64,000 nucleotides of DNA from Candidatus Latescibacterota bacterium (GCA_965248355.1 OZ252098.1:4320001-4384000), one strand, 5' to 3'. Shown: positions 8,870 to 18,954, numbered from the stretch's first letter. Notes: generated from the letters alone by a model not told the origin. Numbers and translations are program-made.

Positions 8870-10117
8870 TCAGGCGGACTTGCGAAGGAGCTCGTCGCCG
8901 TCGTCGCCGGACGCGACCCCGCGGTCGATCATCTCGCCGGTGACAACCACCTCGGTCACTTCCTCGTGGGACGGAGTGTCGTAGAACACGTCCATCAGGG
9001 CCTGCTCCAGGACGGAGCGCAGCCCGCGGGCCCCGGTGCCCTTGCTGATGGTGAGCTCGACCACGCGCCGCAGGGCCTCGTCGGTGAACCGGAGGCTGAC
9101 GCCGTCCATCTCGAAGAGACGGCTCACCTGCCGGACGATGGCGTTCTTCGGCTCCGTGAGGATGCGGAACAGGTCGTCCTCGGAGAGCTCGTCGAGGGTT
9201 GTCACCACCGGCACGCGGCCGACGAACTCGGGGATCAATCCGTACTGGAGCATGTCCTCGGGCTGGACCTCGGAGAGGACCTGCCCGGGGTTCTCCGAGT
9301 CCTCGGACTCGGACTCCGTGCCGAACCCCATGGTGCGCCGGCCCACGCGGGACGAGATGACCTTGATCAGGCCCTCGAAGGCGCCGCCGCAGATGAACAG
9401 CACGTTCTGCGTGTTGACCTGGATCATCGGCTGTTCCGGATGCTTGCGCCCGCCCTTGGGCGGGATGTTGGCCACCGTGCCCTCGAGGATCTTCAGGAGG
9501 GCCTGCTGCACGCCCTCGCCCGAGACGTCCCGGCTCACCGCCGGCGCCGCGGACTTGCGGGCGATCTTGTCGATCTCGTCGAGGTAGACGATCCCCTTCT
9601 CGGCGCGGGCCACGTCGTAGTCGGCCGTCTGCAGCAGGCCCACGAGGATGTTCTCCACGTCCTCGCCCACGTAGCCGGCCTCGGTGAGGATGGTGGCGTC
9701 GGCCATGCAGAAGGGGACCTGCAGGACCTTGGCCAGGGTCTGGGCCAGCAGGGTCTTGCCCGTGCCCGTGGGCCCCACCAGGAGGATGTTGCTCTTCTCC
9801 AGCTCGACGCCGTCGAGGGCGACGTTGGAGCGGATGCGCTTGTAATGGTTGTACACGGCCACGGAGAGGATCTTCTTGGCCTCTTCCTGGCCGATGACGT
9901 ACTCGTCGAGGTGGGCCTTGATGTCCAGCGGCTTGGGGAGGGTGCCCGTCTCCCAGGGCAGGGTCTGGCTCTTGTCCTCGGCGAGCACGTCGTTGCAGAG
10001 CTTGACGCACTCGTTGCAGATGTGCACCGACGGTCCGGTGATGATCCGGTCGACCTGGCTGGCGCCGCGGGAGCAGAAGGAGCAGCGCGGCTCGGTCTTG
10101 GAGGGTCGGCGGCGCAT
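8870..10117 (-). CDS. clpX: ATP-dependent Clp protease ATP-binding subunit
   Basis: CSFC..ICNEC zinc finger, [27 protein letters not shown] and GGRKHP. Confidence 0.98.
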   Translation of the reverse strand: MRRRPSKTEPRCSFCSRGASQVDRIITGPSVHICNECVKLCNDVLAEDKSQTLPWETGTLPKPLDIKAHLDEYVIGQEEAKKILSVAVYNHYKRIRSNVALDGVELEKSNILLVGPTGTGKTLLAQTLAKVLQVPFCMADATILTEAGYVGEDVENILVGLLQTADYDVARAEKGIVYLDEIDKIARKSAAPAVSRDVSGEGVQQALLKILEGTVANIPPKGGRKHPEQPMIQVNTQNVLFICGGAFEGLIKVISSRVGRRTMGFGTESESEDSENPGQVLSEVQPEDMLQYGLIPEFVGRVPVVTTLDELSEDDLFRILTEPKNAIVRQVSRLFEMDGVSLRFTDEALRRVVELTISKGTGARGLRSVLEQALMDVFYDTPSHEEVTEVVVTGEMIDRGVASGDDGDELLRKSA

Positions 10118-10127
10118 GGGAGGGAGC

Positions 10128-10745
10128 TCAGCCCGCCGCCTCCGCCGGCTCGGACAGGGCCAGCCTCGAGGGCGTGATGATCTCGTCGATGAGGCCGTAC
10201 TCGCGGGCGTCCTCGGCGCTCAGGAAGAAGTCGCGCTCCGTGTCGGTCCGGATGCGCTCGAGATCCTGTCCCGAGCGCTCGGCCAGGATCTGGTTGATCT
10301 GCTCGCGGATCTGGATGATCTCGCGGGCGTGGATCTCCATGTCCGCCGCCTGCCCGCCGATGCCTCCCATGGGCTGATGCAGCAGCACCCGGGCGTTGGG
10401 CAGGCACTGGCGCTTGCCCCGGGCGCCGCCGGCGAGCAGCACGGCGCCCATGCTCGAGGCCTGGCCGATGCAGATGGTGGCCACGTCGGGCTGGATGTAC
10501 TGCATGGTGTCGTAGATCGCCATGCCCGCCGTCACCGAGCCTCCCGGGGTGTTGATGTAGAGGGAGATGTCCTTCTTCGGATCCTCCGAAGCCAGGAACA
10601 GCATCTGGGCGATCACGAGATTGGCGATGCCGTCGCCCACCGGCGTGCCGATGAACACGATCCGTTCCTTGAGCAGCCGCGAGTAGATGTCGTAGGAGCG
10701 CTCGCCCCGTCCGGTCTGCTCGATGACCATCGGTATCAGCGACAT
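10128..10745 (-). CDS. clpP: ATP-dependent Clp protease proteolytic subunit
   Basis: [26 protein letters not shown] and ERDFF motifs. Confidence 0.98.
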   Translation of the reverse strand: MSLIPMVIEQTGRGERSYDIYSRLLKERIVFIGTPVGDGIANLVIAQMLFLASEDPKKDISLYINTPGGSVTAGMAIYDTMQYIQPDVATICIGQASSMGAVLLAGGARGKRQCLPNARVLLHQPMGGIGGQAADMEIHAREIIQIREQINQILAERSGQDLERIRTDTERDFFLSAEDAREYGLIDEIITPSRLALSEPAEAAG

Positions 10746-10747
10746 GT

Positions 10748-12040
10748 TCAGACGGCCCTTTCCTCGACGACGGCTCGCTCCTCGAGATACTCGAAGATCT
10801 TGTCCTCCTCCAGGTCGCGGCGCAGGTCGGCGGCCCGGGGCGACCGTTTCAGCTTCTCGATCTGGATGCCGAGCTGCCGGGCCCGCTCGGTCAGGTAGCT
10901 CTCGAACTCCTCGTCCGTGACCTCGACGGAGATCTTGCTGCGCAGGCCCTCCACGATCAGGTAGGTCTTCAGGCGCTTGACGGCCGCGTCGCGCTCCTCG
11001 GCCGTCGGCTGTTCGTGCTCATGCTCATGCTCGTGTTCGTGGTCATGGTCGTGGCCGCGCTCCTGTCGCTCCTGCTCGCGGCGCATCGACTCTTGGTAGT
11101 TGTCCACCAAGGACTCGGAGAGCTCCACCTGGTTGCTCCGGTGGAGACCCTCGATCACGTCGCTGCGCAGCTTTTGCTGGGCCAGGTAGCGCCAGCGCTC
11201 CTCGAGCTGGCCCCGGAGGTGGTCCCTGAGCTGGTGGAGGCTCTCGAAGCGGTCGCCTACCTCCCTGGCGAAATCGTCGTCGAGCTCGGGGAGGGTGCGC
11301 TCGCGGACCTCCCGGGCGGTGACGGCGAAGTGCGCCCGGGTGCCGGCGAGCTCCTCGTTGGGCAGATCCTCCCGGTACTGGAAGCGGACCCTGCGCTCGG
11401 CCCCCGGCTCGATGCCGATCAGGGCTTCCTCGAACTCGGGGCTCGGCGCGTTCTCGTCGCCGATGAGGAAGTAACGCTCCTCGTAGCGGTCGCCGATGAT
11501 CGGCACGCCGCCCTCGTCGAGGCGCTGCAGGTCGGCGATGAGCACGTCGCCCCGGGCCAGGCCGCGCTCGACGGAGCGCTCCGACGCGTGCTGCCGGCGC
11601 AGCTCCTGGAGTTGCTCTTCCACTTCTTCGTCGGAGACCTCGTGGGTGAGGCGCGTCACCCTCAGGCCCTCGTGGCCCTGGACGTCGACCTCGGGCCAGA
11701 TGTCGATGCTGGCCGTGAAGCTCAGCCCGCCGGCCTCGCTCTCGTCCAGCCGCGTGATGCGCGGCGTGCCCGCCGGCCTCAGGCCCGTCTGCTGCGCCGC
11801 CTCCCGCATGAGTTCCGGGAGCAGGTCCTCGATGACGCCGCTGCGGATCGACGGGCCGTAGCGCTGCTGGATGAGCCTGAGGGGCACCTTCCCCTTGCGG
11901 AAACCGGGGATCTCCAGGCGCTTCTGGTAGCCGCGGAGAGCCGTCTGCATCTCCCGGTCGATGCGCTCCGGCGGCACCTCGACCTGGAGGTCGCGCTCCC
12001 AACGGCCGGTCTCGACAACGTTCGTTTCCACGTTCGTCAT
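10748..12040 (-). CDS. tig: Trigger factor
   Basis: [10 protein letters not shown] ribosome-binding signature, FKBP-like middle domain, tig-clpP-clpX synteny. The longer ORF-track start runs through the tRNA, so ATG 12040 is used. Confidence 0.93.
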   Translation of the reverse strand: MTNVETNVVETGRWERDLQVEVPPERIDREMQTALRGYQKRLEIPGFRKGKVPLRLIQQRYGPSIRSGVIEDLLPELMREAAQQTGLRPAGTPRITRLDESEAGGLSFTASIDIWPEVDVQGHEGLRVTRLTHEVSDEEVEEQLQELRRQHASERSVERGLARGDVLIADLQRLDEGGVPIIGDRYEERYFLIGDENAPSPEFEEALIGIEPGAERRVRFQYREDLPNEELAGTRAHFAVTAREVRERTLPELDDDFAREVGDRFESLHQLRDHLRGQLEERWRYLAQQKLRSDVIEGLHRSNQVELSESLVDNYQESMRREQERQERGHDHDHEHEHEHEHEQPTAEERDAAVKRLKTYLIVEGLRSKISVEVTDEEFESYLTERARQLGIQIEKLKRSPRAADLRRDLEEDKIFEYLEERAVVEERAV

Positions 12041-12045
12041 GTCCG

Positions 12046-12129
12046 TGCGAAAGGGGGGACTCGAACCCCCAAGCCCCGAAGGGCACCAGATCCTAAATCT
12101 GGCGCGTATGCCAATTCCGCCACTTTCGC
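12046..12129 (-). tRNA. tRNA-Leu(TAG), CCA not encoded
   Basis: GCGAAAG-TGGCGGAATTGGCATACGC-G-CCAGA-TT-TAG-GA-TCTGG, long variable arm, GGGGGTTCGAGTCCCCC, CTTTCGC-A. Confidence 0.97.
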
Positions 12130-12192
12130 AGAATTCACGCGCTGCCAACAAAGGAAGCACCGGGTCGCGCGGGCTCCCGGTGCTTCACTCTA

Positions 12193-12221
12193 CAGCCGGG
12201 CGAATATACCCGCTGCCCCGG
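12193..12221 (-). promoter_or_regulatory. Putative sigma70 promoter for tRNA-Leu-tig-clpPX
   Basis: TTGATC (12221-12216), N17, TATATT (12198-12193). Confidence 0.6.
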
Positions 12222-12227
12222 TCGGGA

Positions 12228-13595
12228 TCAAGATTCCGGGTGCTTCCACAGGTCCATGCGGCGGCCGATCTCAGCGAGCAGGTCGACGCTGCGGACGCGG
12301 TCCTGGTTCATGGAGTCGCGCTCCCGGAGAGTGACCGTGTCGTCCCGGAGGGTGTCGGAGTCGACGGTGACGCAGAACGGCGTGCCCACCTCGTCCATGC
12401 GCCGGTAGCGGCGGCCGATGGCGCCCCCCTCGTCGTAGCACACGCGCAGGTGGGGGCGCAGCTCCGCCTCGATGCGGCGGGCGATGTCGGGCATGCCGTC
12501 GCGCTTGACCAACGGCAGGATGGCCGCCTTCAGGGGCGCGATGCGGGGATGGAACCGCATCACCGTGCGCCGGTCGCCCTTCACCTCCTCCTCGGCGTAG
12601 GCGTTGGCCAGCACCATCATCGTCTGCCGGCTGGCCCCGGCCGAGGTCTCGATGACGGCGGGCAGGACCTTCTCGCGCGACTGGTCGTCGAAGTACTTCA
12701 GTTGCTTGCCCGAGTACTGCTCGTGGCGGCCCAGGTCGTACTGCCCCCGGTGGTGGATGCCCTCCATCTCGTCCCAGCCGAAGGGGAACTCGAACTGGAT
12801 GTCGAAGGCGGCGCGGGCGTAGTGGGCCAGCTCTCCCTGCCCGTGCTCGCGCCAGCGGAGCCGGCTCTCGGGAATGCCCAGGCTCCCGGTGATCCACGTC
12901 CAGCGCTGCTCCTTCCAGTAGTCGAGCCAGGACCCCTCCTCGCCCGGGGACAGGAAGTACTGCATCTCCATCTGCTCGAACTCGCGCGTGCGGAACAGGA
13001 AGTTCCGGGTGTTGATCTCGTTGCGGAAGGCCTTGCCGATCTGGGCGATGCCGAAGGGCAGCTTCTGGCGCATCGCCTGCTGCACGTTGAGGAAGTTGAC
13101 GAAGATCCCCTGGGCCGTTTCCGGCCGCAGGTAGACGACGCTCGCCGAGTCCTCCACCGGACCGACGTGGGTCTTGAACATCAGGTTGAAGTGGCGGGCC
13201 TCGCCCAGCTCGTTGCCCTTGGGGCTCCTCAGGCCTACCTCGGCCATCTTCGCCGTCATCTCCTCCAGGCCCAGGCCGGCGCAGTCCACGCCGGCCTCTT
13301 CCAGAAGATGGTCGAGGCGGAATCTCTCGTTCGTCTTGCGATCCTCCACCATGGGGTCGGTGAACCCCTCCACGTGGCCCGAGGCCTCCCAGGTGCGCGG
13401 GTGCATCAGGATCGACGCGTCGAGGCCCTCCACGTCGTCGCGGTAGGTCATGGCCCGCCACCAGGCCTCCTTGACGTTGCGCAGCAGCTCGACGCCGAGG
13501 GGTCCGTAGTCCCAGCAGCCGTTGAGGCCGCCGTAGATCTCGGAACTCTGGAAGATGAAACCCTTGCGCTTGCACAGGGAGACGAGCTTCTCCAT
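12228..13595 (-). CDS. glyQS: Glycine-tRNA ligase (alpha2 homodimeric type)
   Basis: SSEIYGG, YLRPETAQGIF, FRTREFEQME, LAHYA and IGRRYRRMDEVGTP motifs. ATG 13595 overlaps the recO TGA; alternative start 13613. Confidence 0.97.
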   Translation of the reverse strand: MEKLVSLCKRKGFIFQSSEIYGGLNGCWDYGPLGVELLRNVKEAWWRAMTYRDDVEGLDASILMHPRTWEASGHVEGFTDPMVEDRKTNERFRLDHLLEEAGVDCAGLGLEEMTAKMAEVGLRSPKGNELGEARHFNLMFKTHVGPVEDSASVVYLRPETAQGIFVNFLNVQQAMRQKLPFGIAQIGKAFRNEINTRNFLFRTREFEQMEMQYFLSPGEEGSWLDYWKEQRWTWITGSLGIPESRLRWREHGQGELAHYARAAFDIQFEFPFGWDEMEGIHHRGQYDLGRHEQYSGKQLKYFDDQSREKVLPAVIETSAGASRQTMMVLANAYAEEEVKGDRRTVMRFHPRIAPLKAAILPLVKRDGMPDIARRIEAELRPHLRVCYDEGGAIGRRYRRMDEVGTPFCVTVDSDTLRDDTVTLRERDSMNQDRVRSVDLLAEIGRRMDLWKHPES

Positions 13596-14401
13596 CACAT
13601 CGCCTTCAGACATCGACCTTGTCCTTCCAGTGTGTCCAGGAATTCCAGGGACCGCAGCCGGCCCGTCGTTCCCGCGTGGTACTCCAGGAAGCTGCGCAGC
13701 AGGCCGCGGATCTCGGCCCTGAGGGCCGGGGGCGCCGGCGGGATCGCCTCGCGCGAGTACGCCCGCAGCCCCTGCAGGGCCGCCAGCAGCCGCAGGCTGT
13801 CGGCGGCGACGCGGCGGGCGCCTCCCATGTCGTCGTCGGACCGGCCGCAATCCCGGCACAGGCCGCCGCCGAGACCGGGACTGAAGCAAGCCGCCGCGCC
13901 TTTCGGCACCGAGCCGCAGAGGACGCAGGTCTCCAGCTCCGGACGGTACCCCAGGGCGTCGGCGACGCGCAGCTGGTAGTACCAGAACAACGTCTCCAGC
14001 TGCGCCGGGTCCACCTCCTCGAGACCGCCGAGGACGCCCGTGAGACAGCGGAACAGGCGCCGGCTCGCCTCGTGCTCGATCGTCAGCCGGTCGACGATCT
14101 CGCAGGCGGCAGCCGCGTAGGAGAGCCGCCGCAGGTCGGCCACCAGGGCCGGACGGGGCCGGACCAGCTCGGCCTCGGCGAGGGTGTGCAGGTCCCGGTC
14201 GTCGCGCAGTGAGCAGGCGATGTGCACCGACCATCCGATCTCGAGGCAGCCGGCGAACCGGCTCCTGGGCCGGCGGGCGCCGTTGGCCATCACCCTCAGC
14301 TTGCCGTGGTCCTCGGTGAACAGGGTGACGAGCTTGCCCGTCTCCCCTTGCCGCCGGGTACGCAGGACCACCGCGTCGGTCCTGGCCTGGATGCGTGCCA
14401 C
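13595..14401 (-). CDS. recO: DNA repair protein RecO
   Basis: N-terminal OB fold (AVVLR..GE..LVTLFT..HGKL), GYRPELETCVLCG...GGGLCRDC zinc motif, LRS C-terminus. Confidence 0.92.
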   Translation of the reverse strand: MARIQARTDAVVLRTRRQGETGKLVTLFTEDHGKLRVMANGARRPRSRFAGCLEIGWSVHIACSLRDDRDLHTLAEAELVRPRPALVADLRRLSYAAAACEIVDRLTIEHEASRRLFRCLTGVLGGLEEVDPAQLETLFWYYQLRVADALGYRPELETCVLCGSVPKGAAACFSPGLGGGLCRDCGRSDDDMGGARRVAADSLRLLAALQGLRAYSREAIPPAPPALRAEIRGLLRSFLEYHAGTTGRLRSLEFLDTLEGQGRCLKAM

Positions 14402-14410
14402 GGGCGCCGC

Positions 14411-14773
14411 TTACTCGCCGCCGGACCCGTCCGCCGTCGTGCGGATGCGGTAGACCCGTTCTCCGGGCCGGGCCATGCCGTACTGCTCCCGGGCGAGCTT
14501 CTCGAGGTAGGCGGGATCGTTCTGCAGTCGGTGCAGCACCTGCCGCATGCTGTCGTTCCGCGCCTCGAGACGGGCCACCTCCGCCTCCAGCTCGGCCAGG
14601 CGCGCGCCGCTCTCCTGCAGGTCGAGCCAGCCGCCGTCGGCGGCGTACAACAGGTAGCCCCAGGCAGCGGCTGCGACGAGGGCGGCCACCAACTTCCAGG
14701 GCCGCAGCCCCGGGGACGCGGCGGCCAGGGGTTCGGCCGGAGGCGGCTCAAGGGTTGGTCTCTTGGCCATCAT
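14411..14773 (-). CDS. Septum formation initiator FtsB/DivIC family
   Basis: TM helix, coiled coil and YLEKLAREQYGMARPGERVY motif. Confidence 0.85.
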   Translation of the reverse strand: MMAKRPTLEPPPAEPLAAASPGLRPWKLVAALVAAAAWGYLLYAADGGWLDLQESGARLAELEAEVARLEARNDSMRQVLHRLQNDPAYLEKLAREQYGMARPGERVYRIRTTADGSGGE

Positions 14774-15912
14774 GCCAGCACCAGGTCGTCGCGGTGAATC
14801 ACCTCGAGAGCCGGCTGGCCCAGGATGCTGGCCACTTCCGGGGAGCTGCGTCCGAGGATGCGGTCCACCTCGCCGGCGGCGTAGCGGGTCATGCCCCGGG
14901 CCACCTCGCGGCCCTGGTCGTCCTCCACGCGCACCACGTCGCCGGCGCGAAAGACCCCGGCGCAGGCGGTCACTCCGGCCGGCAGCAGGCTGCCGCCGCG
15001 CAGCTTCAGGGCGGCTACGGCGCCGGCGTCGACGGTGACGCTGCCGCGCGGCGGCGACGCGAAGCCGATCCAGCGCTTGCGGCTGCCCATGCGCCGCCCG
15101 GCGGGCACGAAGAGGGTGCCGATCTCGCCGCCGTCGAGGATCTCCACCAGGCGGTGCTTGCGGGCATGGGCGATGACCGTCATCTCCCCGCACGCCATCA
15201 GCAGCTGCGCCGCCCTCACCTTGGTCGCCATGCCGCCCCGCCCCAGTCGGTTGACGGCGCGGTTCACCGAGCGGCTGATGTCGTCGCCTCGTGCGACCTC
15301 CGGAAGCAGCTCCTCCCCCCGGCCGTTGACATAGCGGCGGTACAGCCCCTCCACGTCGGAGAGGATGACGAGCAGCTCGGCGTGGATCAGGTTGGCCACG
15401 TACGCGGCGAGCATGTCGTTGTCGCCCAGGGAGCGCTTCAACTCGGCCACGCCCACCGAGTCGTTCTCGTTGATCAGCGGCACCGCGCCCAGCGCGAACA
15501 ACTGCCGGAAGGTATTGCGCAGGTTCAGGTAGCGTTGCCGGTCTTCGAGGATGTCCCCCGCCGTGAGCAGCACCTGGCCCACGGGTACGTTGCGGCGGGC
15601 GAAGAGGCTCTCGTAGGTGGTGACCAGCAGGTTCTGGCCGACGGCGGCCACCGCCTGCAGGTCGGCGATCGCCCGGGGGCGTTCTCTCAGCCCCAGGCGG
15701 CCCATGCCGGCGGCCACCGCGCCCGAGGAGACGACGGCCACCTCCACGCCGCGCTCTCTCAGAGCGCAGACCTCGCCAACCAGCCGGCGCACGGTGGGCC
15801 GGTGCAGCTGGTTGGCCTCTCCGGCGACGCTCGTGGAGCCGATCTTGACGACCACTCGGCGCACGCGGGACATGCGCTGGGCCCGCGGCCCGGCTTCGCG
15901 GGTATGGCTCAC
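14770..15912 (-). CDS. proB: Glutamate 5-kinase with PUA domain
   Basis: [32 protein letters not shown] and C-terminal IHRDDL. Start is GTG 15912 or ATG 15873. Confidence 0.97.
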   Translation of the reverse strand: MSHTREAGPRAQRMSRVRRVVVKIGSTSVAGEANQLHRPTVRRLVGEVCALRERGVEVAVVSSGAVAAGMGRLGLRERPRAIADLQAVAAVGQNLLVTTYESLFARRNVPVGQVLLTAGDILEDRQRYLNLRNTFRQLFALGAVPLINENDSVGVAELKRSLGDNDMLAAYVANLIHAELLVILSDVEGLYRRYVNGRGEELLPEVARGDDISRSVNRAVNRLGRGGMATKVRAAQLLMACGEMTVIAHARKHRLVEILDGGEIGTLFVPAGRRMGSRKRWIGFASPPRGSVTVDAGAVAALKLRGGSLLPAGVTACAGVFRAGDVVRVEDDQGREVARGMTRYAAGEVDRILGRSSPEVASILGQPALEVIHRDDLVLA

Positions 15913-16691
15913 GTGGCGTAGTGCCGCACGGTGACCCCGCGCTCGGCGAGGTACTCCTTCACCTGCGGAATGGTGTAGACCTCGAAGTGGAAGATCGACG
16001 CCGCGAGGGCGGCGCTCGCCTTCCCCCTGGTGAGGACTTCGTGGATGTGCTCCAGCGTGCCGGCGCCGCCGGAGGCGACGATGGGGACGCCCACGCGCTC
16101 AGCCACCGCCTGGTTGAGGGCCAGGTCGTACCCGTCTCGAGTGCCGTCGGCGTCGATGCTGTTGAGGACCAGCTCCCCGGCGCCTCGATCGACAAGCTCC
16201 GTCACCCACTCCAGCGCGTCGATCCCCGTCGCCGTACGGCCGCCGTCGACGTAGATCTCCCACTTCGGCTCGTCCCCGTCGGCCGCGGGGCGCCGCAGGG
16301 CGTCGATGGCGCCGACGATGCACTGGCTGCCGAAGCTCTCGGCCGATCGGTTGACGATCTCCGGATCCCTCACGGCGGCGGAGTTGATGGAGACCTTGTC
16401 GGCGCTGCCCTTGAGGATGGCGCGCACGTCTTCGAAGGTGCGGATGCCGCCGCCCACGGTGAGGGGGATGAAGACCTGCTCCGACACCTGACGAACCAGG
16501 TCCATGACGATCGCCCTGCCGTCGGCCGAGGCGGTGATGTCGTAGAAGACGAGCTCGTCGGCGCCCTCGCGGTCGTACCGGGAGGCCAGCTCCACCGGGT
16601 CACCGGCGTCCCGGTCGGCGGAGAACCGGACGCCGCGCACGTTGCGTCCGCCCTTTACGTCGAGGCAGGGGATGATGCGCTTGGCCAGCAC
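15909..16691 (-). CDS. hisF: Imidazole glycerol phosphate synthase cyclase subunit
   Basis: [35 protein letters not shown] and LAASIFH motifs. Confidence 0.98.
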   Translation of the reverse strand: MLAKRIIPCLDVKGGRNVRGVRFSADRDAGDPVELASRYDREGADELVFYDITASADGRAIVMDLVRQVSEQVFIPLTVGGGIRTFEDVRAILKGSADKVSINSAAVRDPEIVNRSAESFGSQCIVGAIDALRRPAADGDEPKWEIYVDGGRTATGIDALEWVTELVDRGAGELVLNSIDADGTRDGYDLALNQAVAERVGVPIVASGGAGTLEHIHEVLTRGKASAALAASIFHFEVYTIPQVKEYLAERGVTVRHYAT

Positions 16692-16709
16692 GACGGCGAC
16701 CCAGGCGAT

Positions 16710-17309
16710 CTAATGGAATGAAGCGAAGTTGGCCAGCAGGCGCAGTCCGACCCTCTGGCTCTTCTCCGGGTGGAACTGCACGCCGAAGAGGTTCTCGCGG
16801 GCGGCGATCGAGGTGTAGTCCAGGCCGTAATGCGTGGTCGCCACCGATTCGCTCTCCTCGGCCTCCACGTAGTAGGAGTGCACGAAGTAGAAGAAGCTGC
16901 CCTCCTCGACGCCGTCGAGAAGCGGGCATTCCCGCTGGATGGAGATCTGGTTCCAACCGATCTGGGGCACGCGCTCCGAGGCGGGAAACCGGCGGCAGCG
17001 GCCGGCGAAGAGCTTCAGTCCCGCGTGGTGACCCATCTCCTCGCTGGCGGCGAACATCAACTGCAGGCCGACGCAGATACCGAGGAAGGGCTTGCCCGCC
17101 CGCAGATGATCGGCCACCGCCTCGTCCCACCCCGCGGCCCTCAGGTTGCGCATGGCGTCGCCGAAGGCGGCGTCACCCGGAAGCACGAGATGTGTGGCAT
17201 CCCGGGCGAGTACGGGATCCTCGACAATCGCCGCTTCGTGACCGAGGAACTGGAACGCCTTCTCCACGCTGCGCAGGTTGCCCATGCCGTAGTCGGCGAT
17301 GGCGATCAT
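16710..17309 (-). CDS. hisH: Imidazole glycerol phosphate synthase glutaminase subunit
   Basis: DYGMGNLRSV, GICVGLQ, YFVHSY and QFHPEKS motifs. Confidence 0.97.
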   Translation of the reverse strand: MIAIADYGMGNLRSVEKAFQFLGHEAAIVEDPVLARDATHLVLPGDAAFGDAMRNLRAAGWDEAVADHLRAGKPFLGICVGLQLMFAASEEMGHHAGLKLFAGRCRRFPASERVPQIGWNQISIQRECPLLDGVEEGSFFYFVHSYYVEAEESESVATTHYGLDYTSIAARENLFGVQFHPEKSQRVGLRLLANFASFH

Positions 17310-17312
17310 GGC

Positions 17313-18125
17313 TCAGGCGCCGAGTTCCCCGGACCGTCGAGTGGCCGCGGCGACGGCGGCTTCCAGGGCCTGGCGCAACCCGCCTTCCTCCAGCGCCGCC
17401 AGTCCCGCGAGAGTGGTGCCGCCCGGCGAGGTCACTTGGTCCCGAAGCGCCGCAGGGGATTCTCCCCCTTCGAGGACCATGCGCGCCGCCCCGGCCACGG
17501 TCTGCGCCGCCAGGGCCATGGCCACCTCCTCGGAAAGACCGGCCTTCACGCCTCCGTCGGCGAGGGCTTCGATCACGGTGTAGACATAGGCAGGGCCGCT
17601 GCCCGACAGTCCGGTGACGGCGTCCATCTGTGACTCCAGGACCTCGACCGTGGTCCCCAGACGCTCGAAGAGGGCGCGCGCCCCGGCGATCGCCGATGGG
17701 TCCGCGTGACTTCCCGCGCAAAGGGCGGTGGCGCCGGCGCAGAGCCGGACCAGGGTCTGAGGCATGACGCGCACCACGGCCTGGGAAGGGGGAAGGAGAT
17801 CCTCGATGGCGGATGTGGTCACGCCGGCCATGACCGAGATCACGAGCTGCTTCGGGGAGAGGTGGACGGCGAGGGACCGCAGGACGTCCTGGGCGACTTG
17901 TGGCTTTACGGCGACGACGACGATGTCGCTTGTGGAGACCGCGGCGATGCCGGTAGAGGTGGATAGACCGCGATGAGCGAGCGGTGCGAGCAGATCGTCG
18001 CGGAGGTCGACCGCCGTCAGTCGATCTGCGGCCACACCTGAGTCCAGCAGACCGGAAATGAGGCAGCCGCCGACATTGCCGGCGCCGATCACTGCAATGG
18101 AGGGTTCTGACGAGCTCGGCGTCAC
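17313..18125 (-). CDS. proC: Pyrroline-5-carboxylate reductase
   Basis: IGAGNVG, AVKPQ, RVMP, LSGSGPAY and VTSPGGTT motifs. Confidence 0.96.
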   Translation of the reverse strand: MTPSSSEPSIAVIGAGNVGGCLISGLLDSGVAADRLTAVDLRDDLLAPLAHRGLSTSTGIAAVSTSDIVVVAVKPQVAQDVLRSLAVHLSPKQLVISVMAGVTTSAIEDLLPPSQAVVRVMPQTLVRLCAGATALCAGSHADPSAIAGARALFERLGTTVEVLESQMDAVTGLSGSGPAYVYTVIEALADGGVKAGLSEEVAMALAAQTVAGAARMVLEGGESPAALRDQVTSPGGTTLAGLAALEEGGLRQALEAAVAAATRRSGELGA

Positions 18126-18148
18126 GGGGATTCCCTCTCCGAGTGAAG

Positions 18149-18177
18149 ATGATAGCGGACCTGGGAAAAAGTGTCAA
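18149..18177 (-). promoter_or_regulatory. Sigma70 promoter for the proC-his operon
   Basis: TTGACA (18177-18172), N17, TATCAT (18154-18149); near consensus. Confidence 0.7.
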
Positions 18178-18252
18178 TCTGGCCTGCCGTTGCGCAACAA
18201 CCACCGCGTACGCGATACCCTTGTTTCCCTCTGTAGGGAGAGTGTATTCTTC

Positions 18253-18282
18253 TTGACGGAATCGAAACACCTTGTCTATCTT
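18253..18282 (+). promoter_or_regulatory. Putative sigma70 promoter for the H1-like/SWIB gene
   Basis: TTGACG (18253-18258), N18, TATCTT (18277-18282) in an AT-rich intergenic region. Confidence 0.55.
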
Positions 18283-18444
18283 TGCACGAATTGTATTCGT
18301 GTGGGTCCTTTGGGAACAAGGGGAACGAGGTAGCGCGGCCCATGGAGTGATCCGCCGCGACCCCTCAGGGTTGGCGACACTCTTTCAGAAACAACGACGA
18401 GCGAGGCGGCCGTCCCGCTCATCGCGCCCATAAGGAGAAAGCAG

Positions 18445-18954
18445 ATGGCGAAGCGCAAGGCCACAAAGAAGAAGGCGACCAAACGCAAGGCCGCACCGAA
18501 GAAGGCGGCCAAGAAGAAGGCGGCCAAGAAGAAGGCGGCCAGGAAGGTCGCCAAGAAGAAGGTCGCGAAGAAGAAGGTCGCCAAGAAGGCGGTGGCGAAG
18601 AGGGCGGTGACGAAGAAGGCCGCGAAGAAGAAGGCCTCCAAGAAGAAGGCTGCAAAAAAGAAAGCTGCAAAAAAGAAAGCTGCAAAAAAAAAAGGCGCTA
18701 AGAGGAAACCGAATCCCGCGTTCATGAGACCGCTGACTCCCGATGCAGCTCTGGGTGCCGTGGTGGGCACCAAGGCGCTGCCCCGGACGGAGGTCGTGAA
18801 GAAGCTCTGGTCCTACATCAAGAGGAACAACCTCCAGGACACCGAGAACAAGCGGATGATCAATGCCGACGACAAGCTTCGCGATCTCTTCGGCGGCAAG
18901 GATCAGGTCAGCATGTTCGAGATGACCAAGCTCGTCAGCCAGCATCTCGGCTGA
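18445..18954 (+). CDS. Lys/Ala-rich histone H1-like tail fused to a SWIB/MDM2 domain
   Basis: About 85 aa of KKKAA/KKKVA pentapeptides, then PNPAFM...LPRTEVVKKLWSYIKRNNLQD..NKRMINADDKL...VSMFEMTKLVSQHL. SD AAGGAG upstream. Confidence 0.92.
   Translation: MAKRKATKKKATKRKAAPKKAAKKKAAKKKAARKVAKKKVAKKKVAKKAVAKRAVTKKAAKKKASKKKAAKKKAAKKKAAKKKGAKRKPNPAFMRPLTPDAALGAVVGTKALPRTEVVKKLWSYIKRNNLQDTENKRMINADDKLRDLFGGKDQVSMFEMTKLVSQHLG
18649..18693 (+). repeat. Three tandem 15-bp A-rich repeats ending in an A10 tract
   Basis: GCTGCAAAAAAGAAA twice, then GCTGCAAAAAAAAAA. Confidence 0.9.

Noticed and set aside
12041..12160. N-terminal extension of tig in the ORF track
   Set aside because: It runs through a complete tRNA-Leu gene.
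18460..18700. Tandem repeats as a CRISPR array
   Set aside because: 15-bp coding repeats without spacers; no cas genes in the window.
18276..18773. Phe/Ala-rich membrane-like ORF on the minus strand
   Set aside because: It is simply the reverse complement of the Lys/Ala repeats.
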